Source: Azolla caroliniana (lineage: Eukaryota; Plantae; Polypodiophyta). Taken from it: a stretch of 64,000 nt of DNA. Position 1 is the first letter of the stretch; each line of letters begins with the position of its first letter. Positions 38,501 to 52,488 of the stretch are shown piece by piece. The position numbers were made by a program, and so were the translations under genes. The DNA is taken from the NCBI GenBank assembly GCA_043228905.1, contig JBHGNT010000007.1, positions 22,506,001-22,570,000 of the forward strand. Direction: 5' to 3'. The notes under the pieces were generated by a model that was given only the letters and a program-made list of their open reading frames with translations, was not told the origin of the DNA and ran no database searches.

Positions 38501-41301
38501 ATCCCAAAGGCAATCCTCCAATCAAAACTCTCCAAATGAAGACCTTTGCTACAAGTGGCAATTTAGAAATCCAACTACGTTGTAAGATTTGCCACCACCC
38601 ATGATCAGATTTGTGTAATCTCCATTCTTCTTCAGCCTTAGATGATAACCATCCAAGAGACTCAACAGAGCAATGATACAAAAGATTAGTAGTCACTTGT
38701 AACAATGATGTTTGACCCTTTAAACACCAATCAATCCACAACTGTTCTCCTGTTTGTAGAGGTAAAGGGACCTTGCATCAATGGAATATTTCATAGTTGT
38801 TGCCAAATAAACCCATAATTAGGTAAAATGCGTAATAATTGTCGTGCTTCAACAAACTCCAGAATTCTTTGAGATGGAGCCTCAAGTATATCTCCCACCT
38901 CTTTGACCCCCAAACGAAACAAACGATTAAATTGAGAGCGTAATCTCTCCTTTCCTGGCCAACATAATAACCGAGAAGACACAAGTAACTCTTTTTGCAA
39001 AGAATTACAATGCTCTCTACTAGATGATGGTTTCCATACACATAACAAGGGTGCTTCTTGCCATGAGGTAACCAAGTGTTGAACACATGTAGAACCCGGA
39101 ATCCTAAGTGAAATACATCCATTTAGTAATTGCCACCATGAAGCCTTAATTGTTGTCCTCCCATGTGTTAAACCCTTGCTCTTAATGAAATATTGAAAAA
39201 TAAATATCCATGGTTGTGAGTTTGAACACATGTCTTGTAATAATGAAAATCTATGAGCCATCATATGCTTAGATAAGTTCAATACTCCAGCTCCCCCCAA
39301 GCGCTTAGGAGTTGCTAGATGATTCCATGCAACCCAAGTGATTCCCATCTTATCCCTTTTCTTCCACAACAAATATCGAAGAGGTTGCAAAATAGAATGC
39401 AAAGCCTTCTTTGTCCACGACAACAATGGCAAGTAATATAATATCATAGGTTCCATAATACATTGTACAACCTTCAAACGTACATGAAATGACCAAGATT
39501 GTGATTTCCAATACATGAACTTATCCCTCATCTTACTAGACATCCATTCAATCAATTGACCATTTGTAACATTCATTCCTAATGGATAGCCCAAGTGTCG
39601 AAAAATAGAGCCTTTCTTCACCACAGATCCTTCTCATCCTAAACATTCCAAATCCCTTTCAGTACATGATATGAGACTAGACTTCCTCCAATTAATATGT
39701 AATCCGGAAGCGAATGCAAATTGGTTCCATACAAGCATCCCCTTCTTAAGATTCTGTCGTGAGGCTTGTAGAAACATGAAAGAATCATCAGCCAAAGCTT
39801 GTGCAACTAGTTGCCCTCCAGAGGGAAGGTGTAGACCCACAATATCACCATTTGTTGCAAGCCTTGATAGCATCACTAACAAAGGGATGAGTAACAATAG
39901 CAAACAACAACGGGCTAATAGGGCATCCTTGACGAACGGAACTTGTAAGGGCAATATCTGATGTAACTCCTCCATTAAGCATGACTCGAGACACTACATC
40001 TTGTCCTAATAAAAATATGAGGCGAGACATACGAGGTCCAAAGCCCATTGTATGCATTAACCCAAAAACAAAGGACCAATTAACATGATCATAAGTTTTC
40101 TCCAAATCTAATTGCACCATGATCAATTCTTGATGAGTGTTTCGAGCATAATCCATGGCCATTTGAACATTCAACACATTATGCAATATATTCCTACCTG
40201 CAATAAAACCATATTGGGCGGGATGTATCAACTTTGGCAAATACTTTTGTAATCTATTTGCCAAGACCTTTGTAAATATCTTATACAACCCCCCCATCAA
40301 AGAAATAGGTCTCCATTGATGAAATGACTCTGGAGATGCCACCTTTGGAACTAATTTAATTAGACCAACCTTCCAAGCTTGAGACATACGACCAGAATCC
40401 CAAGAATGTTGAAACATCAAAGTTAAGGGCCCCTTTAAAATGTGTGAATATCGCTTAAAAACTTCATTTGTCAAGCCATCCCAACTAGGGCTCTTACCAC
40501 TATGAAGATGCCTTAAAACCGTGTCCACCGCATCCTCAGTGAAATCCGCATCCAATTCATGACTAATGAGGTCATGCACAATACATCCAACCACATCATA
40601 AAACTCATGACGTGCTCTACTCACCTCATTTGTCATTAACAATTGTGGGTCAATCAACTCCTTAAAGTAATGAACACATATGTTAATTATTTTAGTAGGA
40701 TCCACTATCCATTCATCACCTTGCTTCACATGTACCACATTAGATCGAGTATAAGTAGGATGTAACGCTTGGAAAAACAAATGGGATTGACATTGATTAT
40801 CTATGAGCCCATCCCTCAATTGTCGCATCTTTGCATAACGATAACTTTGGCATTGCAACTGAGAAATAATAACATGCAATTGACTTTGGATATCCCAAAA
40901 GCTCCTCATCTAAATGTGCATGTATCAATAATGCATTACACCTAGAGAGAATTTGTGAGAATTTTAGAAGAAGACTTGTTCTTTGTTGAGCATTAGTTAC
41001 TCCATACATACAATGAACGATCTTAATATTTCGTAATGTGATATCCCATGCTTTAACTCCTTTAAGATTCACTTCTTGTGAAAAATTTACCAAAATTTGC
41101 TCCATGAGAGAATCAAAGTGATGTTGAAGCAAAAGAGAAGAGTTAAAGTGTAATGGAGGCTTTCCAAGTAAGGATTTATACATGTCAATTGCATGACCAC
41201 AAATCTCCAAACAAATAGGAAAGTGATTTGAAGTTCCTACATCTTGTAAAACTGCCATACGAAGTGATGTCGATAAAAAAGTATCATTGTGCATCACCTA
41301 C
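38500..41301 (-). mobile_element. L1-like LINE ORF2 (end of endonuclease, RT, zf-RVT), disrupted
   Basis: SNHFPI, KSPSWDG, WRPISL, LDLEKTYD, RQGCPISP, ADD, HLGYPL, KRLGGAG, KVFIWR; frameshifted. Confidence 0.92.
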
Positions 41302-42360
41302 TGTTAAGGATTAGGTAATTAATTAAGGAATAATTATTACCTAATTATGTGATTAAGTTAAGCGATTATGTAGCGGAAGATTAAGTGATATGTGCGTGTA
41401 TGTGTGCGTGAGAGGAAGAGAGAGTGAAGTACACTTATGAACACAAAAACAAGATGGGGGATGATAAAGTATATTAAAAGGTAAATATCATCAACTATCA
41501 TCAAATACAAAAATACCTTCAATGAGGTATATATAGGTTTCATGTGCAAGGGTGCACATGTGCTAGGAGAATATAGGTACAATGTGTAAGTCCTATATTA
41601 AATGATCATGGAGTCGTGGATCTACAATGTATCCCACTCAAGTACAAAATCCTATTTAAGGCTTTATGGTCAATACACTAACTAGATTCTATCTAGGTAA
41701 CTACTAAGTTACATGTGTTGACTAACTAACTAAACTAAGTTGAGCTTGATCTCTCAACACGCCTCCTCAAGCTCAAGTGTGAGGCATCTGACATCCAGCC
41801 TTTGCTCGCGTGGCTCTCCTTCGGGAATGGGAGTCGATGTTGTTTGCTGATTTGACACGCTTCGCATACTCGGTCGACTCGTTTCGACTCGAATGTCAGA
41901 AGTTTGATGACGACTCCCTTTGTTTGCATAGCTCGGAGCCGTTGGAGGTTGATGTGGCCGATTCTTTTGTGCCACAACTCGATGTTCGTCTCGTTTTTGA
42001 GACCTTTAGCGTACATTGCCGATTTCACCTCGTTCGAATCGAGGATGAACATTCGGCCTTCTCTCTGCCCCTTAGCTATGACTCGACCATCTTTCTCGAT
42101 GAAGCATCCTTCTTTGGTGAAGCGGACTTGCATGCCTTGCTCCACGATTTGGCCAACCGAGACCAAATTCTTTGTTATTGTGGGCACGTGCAAGACATTC
42201 TTGATGCAAGTTTGCTCGCCTTCTTTCCTGAATGGGACATTGCCAATGTGCCGAATGGGATGCGTGGTGTCGTCTCCCGTCTCTATAAAGCTGGGTCGAT
42301 CCGGCGTTCGTAAATCGCAAAACCACTCTTCGTGGGATTTCATGTGATGTGAGGCGCCGG

Positions 42361-43177
42361 TGTCGTGAAGAATTTCGGCTAGAGGCGGAAACCGAAAAAT
42401 ATTGGCTACATCGGCGGGGTGCACCATGTGCACCCACCCTCGTGTAATTGTGTGAATAATAGGAGTTAAGTCAGGACGAAGAATCCCATGTAAATCGGGA
42501 TTTATCCCACATTGTAATGCACCCCTCTCCTTGTTCTATAAAAGGAAGGGATGGTCCCTTGTAGAAGGGTTGCCCATTTTTTAGTCTTAAGGGTATACCG
42601 TTTTGTGTTTCTTTCTAGGGTTAGTGACATCCTTTCTCTTCTTCGTTTCTTTCTGCTCCTTCTCGAGGAGTCGAGCAGTAGCTATGGCGGGAAAGCTATT
42701 AGGTTAACTCTTCTTCTCTTGTGTGTACCCGGCTCGCGGCCGGGGTTGTATCTCTCCCTATTGCAGGTTGCTTAAGCTCGGCCTCCTGTGCAAGACCCAG
42801 CTCGGCATGACGAGCCCGAGAGCTCCCCGACGGCGGCTTGGCGGCAGACTGCCGTTGCGACCTAGCCTACCTCACTCCGGCTCAGAGTCGGAGTTGTAAC
42901 TCACTCTTGTAATCATAAATATATACAGGGTTGTGCATATTTGTGTCTCTGTTGGTGTGTGTGTGTGTGTGTCTTAGTGTTTCTTTCTTGCTTATGTACA
43001 TATGTGTGCGAGAGTCAATATTGCGTGCCTGCTCTCTCTCTCTCCCTTCGGTTGCTTCCGGTGTGCTTTTGGGATGCCCCGGAAATGGTGAAGCATGACT
43101 TCCTACGCTCCGTCACTCCCTAGTCCAAGATCCCCGTGGTCCCGCCTTTCTCCACGCACACGCAAAACTTCGCGACA
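42361..43177 (+). mobile_element. Solo LTR (TGTCGTGAAGAA...CGACA group) inserted in the Copia A protease motif
   Basis: TGTCG/CGACA termini, perfect 4-bp TSD CCGG, TATA at about 42537; removing it restores DSGASHHM. Confidence 0.92.
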
Positions 43178-43557
43178 CCGGAATCTACGAACCACACGTC
43201 TTCCGGATTGGAGACGCTTGCGGAGTCAAAGGCCGTCATAGAGTTCGCTCTATGCGGCATTACGAATAGTCTGCCGTAATCCTCGTATTCAGAGTTGTTG
43301 GTGTAGTTTGTGAGTTGTCGGCTTGTCGACGCCGACTCGCTTCTTTTCTTCCGACACTCCGCCTCATGGTGGCCAATTTTGCCGCAATAATTGCAAGTTG
43401 TGGGCCTTGTTTGCCGACCTTGTTCGGCTTGGAAGCTCCCCCTTCTTCCGAAGGTTCCTTGATGGCTTCCTCTTCTACCGCCATGACCTCTTCCTCGACC
43501 ACCGTCCGAATTCGAGAAGAACATTTGTCCTTCCGGTGCCTTGCTTTTGGTTCGGAC

Positions 43558-43833
43558 TGACAGGAACTGCACGCTCTCTATGTGCAATGCTCGGCCACAA
43601 TCGAGCTTAGAATCATACACAGAAAACGAGAAATGAAAAACACACGACACAAAAGAGAGAAGAGTACACAGGATGTTTAACGTGAAAAACCCTAAGAGGG
43701 AAAAACCACGGGAGTCCACAGACTCCAAACTATCAGTATATAAGAATGTACAATGGTGGAGCACCGAGGCAACGACCTCGAGCTTGTTATCTTCGCCACA
43801 GTCGGCGGTTACAACAAAGATACGAAACCTTCG

Positions 43834-43866
<33 letters not shown>

Positions 43867-46800
43867 GTACACTGTTACACGCTCTCTCTTCTTGCACCAA
43901 CAAGAATGACAACTCCATACTCAATAAGTTTGCCCTAAGTCATATTTATACTAATATGACTTTTCGGCTATTTACAAATATAGCCTCAATGGACTCTCAG
44001 AAACATATTTATGAATATGTCTCTTCATCCGGTGAGCGCTTGCCGGGTACTTGCCATCCGGTTCTCACCAGGTCTTCCGTTTCCGAGTACTCCTCATCCG
44101 GTTCTCACCGGGTCTGCACCATCCGGCTCTCCGTAGTCGGGTTCTCCTCATCCGGTTTCGGCCTCGGCCGAGTTTGCTCATCAGCACTATTCATCTCCCT
44201 TCCCATCCGAAGGGACCTGTCTCCCAACAAACTCCCCCTTCACTCCGGCATGGGGAGTCTTACTAGTCCGATCCGCTTCCGGCACGCATCCAGCTTGTCG
44301 GGTATCAGTACTTTGGTCAGCATATCTGACCCGTTCTCGGCCATGTGGATCTTCGTCAGCGCGAACTCCTAGTCATCCACTCTTTCCTGAATCCAGTGAT
44401 ACCTTCGCTGGATATGCTTCGTCCGGGAATGGTAGGTCCCATTCTTAGCAAGGTGGATGGCACTTTGACTGTCGCAATTGAGCCGGTATTCATCTTGTTG
44501 GATACCGAGCTCTCCGATGAAGTCCTTCATCCATAATATTTCCTTGCCGGCTTCCACAACCGCCATGTACTCCGCCTCCGTGGTTGACAACACAACCGTC
44601 TTCTACAGCCTCGACTGCCACGAAACAACTCCCCTTGCATATGTCATTACATACCCGGATGTAGACCGGCTGGTATCCACATCAGCCGACATGTCCGAAT
44701 CGGTAAAACCATCAAGTTGAGGTTTTTCGGAGCCGAATCGGAGACACATGTTTGAAGTGCCCTTCAAGTACTGGAGTATCCATTTGACCGCATTCCAGTG
44801 CTCCTTGCCAATATTGCTCATGAACCGGCTCACCACTCTGACTGCGTATCCTATATCCAGTCGGGTACACACCATTGTGTACATTAAGCTCCCGACGGTA
44901 GAGGCATATGGAACCTTCGTCATATCAGCCTTCTCTGCTTTCGTCTTCGGGCTTTGCTTACCGGATAACCTGCAATTTGCCAGAAGTGTCGATCCGACCG
45001 GTTTCGCATCTGACATGTTGAACCATTGAAGCACCTTTGTCACGTATTTCTCCTGTGACAGCCACATTTGCTTCGTTGGCCGGTTCCGGATGATATGCAT
45101 CCCCAGCATCTGTCTTGCCGAACCCAAGTCTTTCATTGAGAAGGTCCGGTTGAGAGCCTTCTTCAGCATCCGTATTTTGACTTGGTCCCGTCCAACGATC
45201 AACATGTCGTCCATGTACAGAAGGAGTATCAGGAAGTCGCCTCCTTCGAACTTCTTCACAAACACGTAGTGATCGGCCTGCGTCTTGTGGTACCCTTGAT
45301 CGGTCATGAAGGAGTCGAACTTCCGGTACCATTGCCGGGGAGCCTACTTCAGTCCGTACAGGCTCTTCTTCAACCGGCATACCAGGTGCTCCTTCCCTTT
45401 CTCCACGAATCCTTCTAGTTGCTGCATATAGATCTCCTCTTCGAGCTCACCATCAAGGAATGTCATCTTCACGTCTAGCTGCTCTACCTCGAGGTCCATG
45501 CTTGCCGCTATACTCAGCACCGTCCGGATGGAGGTCATCTTTACTACCGGGGCAAATATCTCGTCAAAGTCCACGCCCTTCTTCTGCTGGAACCCCTTCA
45601 CCACGATCCTGGCTTTGTATCTCGGGGGGTTGCCAGCATCTCTCGGTTTCAACTTGTACACCCACTTATTTCGGAGTGCCCGCTTTCCTTTCGGCAACTC
45701 CACCAATTCGTACATATGGTTCTCATGCAGGGAATCCCTCTCATCCTGCATGGCAGTTAACCATTTGCGGCTATGGGTGTCATCCTTTGCTTCTTCGAAG
45801 CTTTCCGGCTCTCCCTCATCGGTCAGCAGCACATGCTCTGAATCCGGAAATCTTCGGGGGGCCCTTCTCTCTCTGAGAGGATATCTCCGTCTTTGGCCTT
45901 CGACAACCGGCTCCACTATTTGATCTTCATCCGAATCCGATTCGGGGTCTTGGCCAGTTCCGGTTTCAGCTTCCTCTACTTCTTCTTTTGCTGGTTCGGT
46001 ATCCTCACTGTAACCGGCTGGTTCCTCGAGTGCTAACCGGTCTCTTGCCGGTTGGGTCTACTCATTGTAGAATCGATCCTTACCGGTCGACTCGGAGTTC
46101 ATTATCTTCTTCTCCGACTCCCACTTGGCAAGCGTCTTGTCCTCCATGAAGATAATATCTCGACTCTGAAATACCTTCTTGTCGACTAGGTCCACACTCG
46201 ATAGCCGAACTCATCGTCTCCGTAACCGAGGAATATGCATGGCCAGGTCTTTGGATCCAACTTTCCTCTCCGGTCCTTAGCTACATGCACGTACACGAGA
46301 CACCCGAATAGCTTCAGATGCCGGTAGGACACGTCCTTACCGGTCCAGACTCTCTGTGGCGTGTCTCCGTCCAAGGGTACTGAGGGTGATCTGTTTATCA
46401 CATATGTCGTCGTCGACAGTGCCTCAGCCCAAAACTTCTTGGGTAGTTTTGCATGCGCCAGCATACTCCGGACCCTCTCCATTATGGTCCGGTTCATCCT
46501 CTCGGCCAGACAGTTTAGTTCCGGCATCTTCGGCATGGTAAATTCGAGCTGGATTCCCTTCGAGCGACAGTACTCCTTGAACTGCCCCCGATATTCACCT
46601 CCGTTATCTGCTCGAACCGCCTTCAGCTTCCGGCTGGTCTCTCTTTCCACTCTCGCGTGGAGCTCTTTGAAGACGGATAACACCTTATCCTTCGTCTTCA
46701 ATGGTGTGGCCCACAACTTTTAGCTGTGGTCATCTATGAACGTCACGAAGTACTGCGCTCCGGCATGTGACTTTGTGTCCACTTGACACACATCCGTATG

Positions 46801-48224
46801 CACCAACTCCAGTGGCGCATTACGTCTCATCGGTCCACTTGATCGGAAGGAGGTCCGGTTTTGTTTACCGGCCAGACAATCAGTGCACTTCTCCAAGTGC
46901 ACATTCTTCACTGGAATGAGGTTGTCGTCTACAAGCCTCTTCATCCCCTTCTCACTCATGTGACACAGCCTTTTGTGCCACAGCTCATCGGCAGTGTCGG
47001 ATGCCACATTCACTTCCTCCGGACATAACCGGGCATTCATCAAGTACAACGTGTTTACCTTCCGGGCCCAAGCCACAATCAGGCTCCCTTTGCTGAACTT
47101 CATAACACCGTTCCGGATGCTACCCGTGTAGCCTTCATCATCTAGCCGACCGGCTGATATCAGGTTCAGACGAACCTCCGGAACGTGTCGAACATCCTTT
47201 AGCAGCATCTTGCATCCGGTTGGTGTTGACAGCCACACGTCTCCTACGCCGACAATTCGGCATGTACCTTCATTCCCCATCCAGACACAGCCGTGATCAC
47301 CGACTGAGTAGGATGAGAAGAATTTCCGGTCCGGGGTAAGGTGGAACGACGCTCCGGAGTCGACCACCCAGGTCATCTCGTTGCCGGCAAGGTTTATCTC
47401 ACTCTCCTCGGTGATGAGCATCAACTCTTCTTCACTTGCCACGATTGCCGTCGTTCCCTTCTGGTCCGGCCCCCTCCGGTCTTTATCGTTCCGGTCCGGT
47501 GTCCGCTTCGAATCGGTACCGTCGGTTTCCTTGTCTTTTCGGAAATGTCGACAGTTCTTCTAGAAGTGTCCCGGCTTGCCACAATAGAAGCAAGTAGGCC
47601 TCCCCCTTGACTTTGATCGTGTCCCCGACGTTTCCCAGTTCTGGGGACTACGGTTTCTATGTATTCCGCGTTCTGATTCGGTAAGGAGCGCTTTGGAGTC
47701 GGAGCTCGTATCCTTATCTTTCTAACGCGCCTCCTCATCTAGCAAGCTCGACTTCACTCTTGCTAAGGATAACCGTTTCCCTTCCGGCCCGGCGTTGCCC
47801 AAGGTGACAACCAACGTCTCCCAACTATCTGGGAGGGAACCGAGTAAGAGCAGCGTTAGTACCTCATCGGCGAGAGGTACTCATATTTATACTAATATGA
47901 CTTTTCGGCTATTTACAAATATAGCCTCGATGGACTCTCAGAAACATATTTATGAATATGTCTCTTCATCCGGTGAGCGCTTGCCGGGTACTTACCATCC
48001 GGTTCTCACCAGGTCTTCCGTTTCCGGGTACTCCTCATCCGGTTCTCACCGGGTCTGCACCATCCGGCTCTCCGTAGCTGGGTTCTCCTCATCCGGTTCT
48101 CATCGGGTCTGCACCATCCGGCTCTCCGTAGTCGGGTTCTCCTCATCCGGTTTCGACCTCGGCCGAGTTTGCTCATCAGCACTATTCATCTCCCTTCCCA
48201 TCCGGAGGGACCTGTCTCCCAACA
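43558..48224 (-). mobile_element. Ty1/Copia element B (Tnt1/Tork-like) nested in Copia A gag
   Basis: TSD CGGAC; 3' LTR 43558-44229; truncated 5' LTR 47881-48224; PPT at 44230-44240; domain order CCHC, PR (WVVDSGAS), IN, RT (YMDD), RNase H (TKHI); premature stops. Confidence 0.93.
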
Positions 48225-49410
48225 CGGACATGGTTTTCTTCGACGAATAACATCGATTGGAGGTCGAAGAACGAAGGAGGGTTTTCTCTCGCCAAGATTG
48301 CCGTCTGTAGTGGATCAAATCGTTGTGCGAGGCTACCTAAGCATACTTGAACCATCTCGTCTTCGTCGACGTTTATGTTGATGGAGCCAAGCGAGTCACA
48401 AATACTCTTGATTTTGGCGGTGTAGTCCGACACGAACATGTCTTTTTCCCGAATGTTATTCAACTCTTGCCGGAGTTGAAGTTTGCGGGCGGTCGTGTCG
48501 GCGGCGAACATTTTCTATAAGTTCTCCCACGCCTCTTTAGGCGTCTTGGTGTCTCAAATGTGGCTAAGCATGTGGTTGTGGACACATGTTGCCAAGCAAT
48601 ACATTACCCAACTCGCTCCTTGCTCCCACGTTGGGTAGTTGGCGTTTGTGTTGTCAGGCTTGTCCTCGAGCACGCCGTTGATGTAGCTCCAATACCCTTG
48701 GCCTACGAGGTATTGGGTCATCTTGTACTCCCAAGATGAATAATTGCTCTGGACTAGCTTTTCGTGAGGGAGCGAGCTACCCATTTGTGTGTTCATGTTG
48801 TTTTTGTGTCTTCCTTGTTGGCTCTTCTTTCTTCGATCACGTACTTGTGCTACATAGCGGATGGCCGGAATTTGTCGTCGGCGTTTTGAGCACACAATCA
48901 CGGAGTGTCGGGTGGGCTTAGTGGATATGCTAAACCACACACTCTGATACCATGTTAAGGATTAGGTAATTAATTAAGGAATAATTATTACCTAATTATG
49001 TGATTAAGTTAAGTGATTACGTAGCGGAAGATAAAGTGATATGTGCGTGTATGTGTGCGTGAGAGGAAGAGAGAGTGAAGTACACTTATGAACACAAAAA
49101 CAAGATGGGGGATGATAAAGTATATTAAAAGGTAAATATCATCAACTATCATCAAATACAAAAATACCTTCAATGAGGTATATATAGGTTTCATGTGCAA
49201 GGGTGCACATGTGCTAGGAGAATATAGGTACAACGTGCAAGTCCTATATTAAATGAGCATGGAGTGGTGGATCTACAATGTATCCCACTCAAGTACAAAA
49301 TCCTATTTAAGGCTTTATGGTCAACACACTAACTAGATTCTATCAAGGTAACTACTAAGTTACATGTGTTGACTAGCTAACTAAACTAAGTTGAGCTTGA
49401 TCTCTCAACA

Positions 49411-50478
49411 CATACATTATACCTAACCGGCTCCATGTTTGTCTATGTTGAGCGGATTGGAAAGTAAAACCTAGATCATTCCCATGCAACCATGTCCAAA
49501 CATCCAACTTCAAAACCTCCATAGCCAATGAATCCCAAGCAAGTTGCTCAGGATCATCCATGATTGAATGTTCAGACGTAGATTGAGATGCATCAACACA
49601 CATGTTAAAATCACCCATAAGTAATCCTAGACGGCCCACACATAGGGTTTGACGGAGTGAGCCCCATAATGCAATACAATGAGTGGCTTGGTTAGGGGCA
49701 TAAATCCCAACCACCCACACAACCTCGCCAAAAAGAGTGATTTCTAGAACCAAAAACCGACCATAAGGATCATTATGCACCACCTGAGGAAAATACCTAT
49801 CCCGCATGATTAATACCACACCTGAATAATGATTATTAAGATGTCCTGCATAGAATGATGAATATCCACGCAAATGAACTGTGGATCCTGCTAACTCATG
49901 ACACTTATGGTCAATTGCACATAATATATCCCATTCTTTACTTAATAAAGTTTGCCATAATATATACTTCTTATGAGGAGAACATGCTCCTCTCACATTC
50001 CATGTTACCACTTTCATTCAGTCAACAATGTTATGGGTGCACTTGCTCCTTTAGAGCAACCGATGTCATAAAACTAGTCAATGCATGTTCCAATGTTGCA
50101 TATGGATTTTCATGCACCACATCCTTAGAGTTGTCGATCGAACTCTTTTGTTTAGGTTCTCCTGCTTGACGAAAACCTCGAGAATTTGATGAATTTACAA
50201 ACCATCCCAATGAATCAAATTGAAGGTGAATGGGTAATCCCTTATCCCTAAATTGTCTTTGCCAAGGAACTTTTCGAGGACCCTCCCTAGTTCTTGAATT
50301 ACTTTTCCAAGTAGTCTCATGAGTAGTGGGCAAACTATTACGTTGCATATTCATTGATTTTCCCTTCGACTTGCCCTTAACCTTATGCCAATCCTTTTCA
50401 ACAACAACATCATTACTAGTTCTATCCAACGGTTTTGTCCCCTTATCTATAACCACCAAAATTTGTTTTTCCATATCC
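49411..50478 (-). mobile_element. L1-like LINE segment: end of ORF1 and APE endonuclease at the ORF2 start
   Basis: MKVVTWNVRG, IYAPN, MGDFN, TWSRL (49411-50017); continues at 41301 once Copia A is removed. Confidence 0.9.
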
Positions 50479-52488
50479 TGTCACGGATCATAAGCTCAAG
50501 AGACAAGCAAGAAGATAACCAAATGGACAAGAAAGAAGATAACATTAAAGGAAAGACTCCATAACTAGTGTTGTTCACCTTGAATTCCTTCAAGGTGAAC
50601 TCCTCTATTTATACTACATGGCATGCATACTTGTTGCACACATGTGAATCTACAATAGAGCATGTAGGTATGCATGCATGTGCCAAGTGTAAATACTACA
50701 AGGGAGCAACTATGCACATGATGCTAGCAAAATAATAAAGACCAATTACATACATAACTATGTACTAGATATCTTGGTTAACTCATAATACTAGATTATA
50801 ACATGGTCGTGTCAAGAGTTCGAATCTTGACATTATCCCCCCTCCTACGCCGCCTTCCCAAATCGGCCGCTGGTTTGTGGGGATATCGGTGATGAAAATC
50901 TTGGACGACCTTTGGGGCATTTTGTAAATTTGCCAATGGTTCCCACGTGGCCTTAGACATGGGGTACCCCCTCCATAGGACGAGGTATTGCAAGTGTCAA
51001 CGGTGCCAACGCGAGTCAAGGATTTGGTCGACCTCGTATTCCTCCCCCGTCGTCAATTGCACAGGTGGTGGTGGTGGGGCCTGACGTCCTGGGAGTTGTG
51101 AAGCATAATGGGGTTCGAGGAGGGAGACATGAAAAACATCATGAATCCGGAAGTGGGATGGAAGGGCGAGCCGGAAGGCGACGGGATTGATGCACTCGAT
51201 GATACGGAATGGTCCCAACTTCTTGTAATCAAGTTTTGCACATGGACGAGTAGTAGAGATGTGTCGACGTGACAACCAGACCATGTCTCCAACGACAAAG
51301 TGTGGAGTGGAAGATCGATGGCGATCAGCCTGCTTCTTGTATCGTTCACTAGCAAGACTAAGCTCCAAGGATAAATCATGATGTAGTTCTTCCAAACTGC
51401 GGGTGCGATCCTCCGCCGAAGGGTTCACGGAAGTGGTAGGAAGGGAAATGTTGAAGCGAGGATGTAAACCATAGTTGGCAAAGAAGGCAGTGACGCCAGT
51501 CGATGCATGGAGAGAATTATTGTAGGCGAATTCCGCGAGCGAAAGTAAGTTGACCCAATCATCTTGTTGGTAACTAACTGAGCACCGAAGATAATGCTCA
51601 AGGATTTGGTTGACACGCTGTCGAGATATTTCGCAAGTGCGTGTGGATACGAGGCGGGACCGCGGGGGTCTCGAACCAAAGAGCAAGCGAGGGAGGAGAA
51701 AGAGAGAGAGCCGGCTACGCAGGACCGGGGATACACAGGGACACGGCCCTTCGGCACGGAGAACGCGAACAGACACCGACACAGACAGATGCGAACGACT
51801 AAATATGTATATTAACGAAAACGGCTAACACGACTACAACCCTCGATGGGGCTCAGGTTGGTTACAACCGAACAAGCCGGCGAACAGATGCCGATGCTTG
51901 TTCGCTTCGATGCACAAAAGAAAAGGGGGGGGGGAAGCAGGTCGGAGGTGCTGCCGGAAGCACTCGGGCGTTCCTCGAAACAGTACGAGCCTCCTCGGAA
52001 CCCTGCACAGAAAAGCTATGGAGCTCAAGAAGGAAGGAAACAGCGAGAGAGAAGCGTCCAGAAACGGTCCGACAGCACTTCCTCCTCTCCGCGCGAGATC
52101 CCTGCAACAGCTTTTTCCCGCTCCTTATATAGGCCGACGAGCAGCCCGTCGTGTCAGCTTTATTCCCTGTCCCTTTTGGACAGGGATCCGCTCCGTTTTT
52201 CACGCATCCGCGTAGTTACGCCGCCGACTCGTACAGTTCGCGCGCGCGACCGAAAAGACTGTTCGCGCGGTCTTTGTCTCCACTTGAGTTAGGGCCCGTT
52301 CCTGCCGATTATCCTCCTAATTCGCTTCTATGTACAACTTGGAGCGTGCGCGCGTGAAGAACCGGTTCCCATGCCTTGATGCGCCGATTCCGCCTATGGA
52401 CGGTTTTCTTCACGACATCCGCCCCCACCTAACCGCGCATCCTCCGGTATGCGCCAAGAGAGTTGGGACGGAGAAAACCGGCCCGTCT

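Larger units (their letters stand above)
41302..49410 (-). mobile_element. Ty1/Copia element A, internally deleted, inserted in the LINE endonuclease domain
   Basis: 458-bp LTRs 41302-41759 and 48953-49410; TSD CCTAC/CATAC; PBS TGGTATCAGAGT (tRNA-iMet) at 48941-48952; PPT at about 41760-41770; gag, CCHC, PR (WFVDSG|ASHHM) and GAG-pre-integrase present; integrase core, RT and RNase H absent. Confidence 0.93.
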
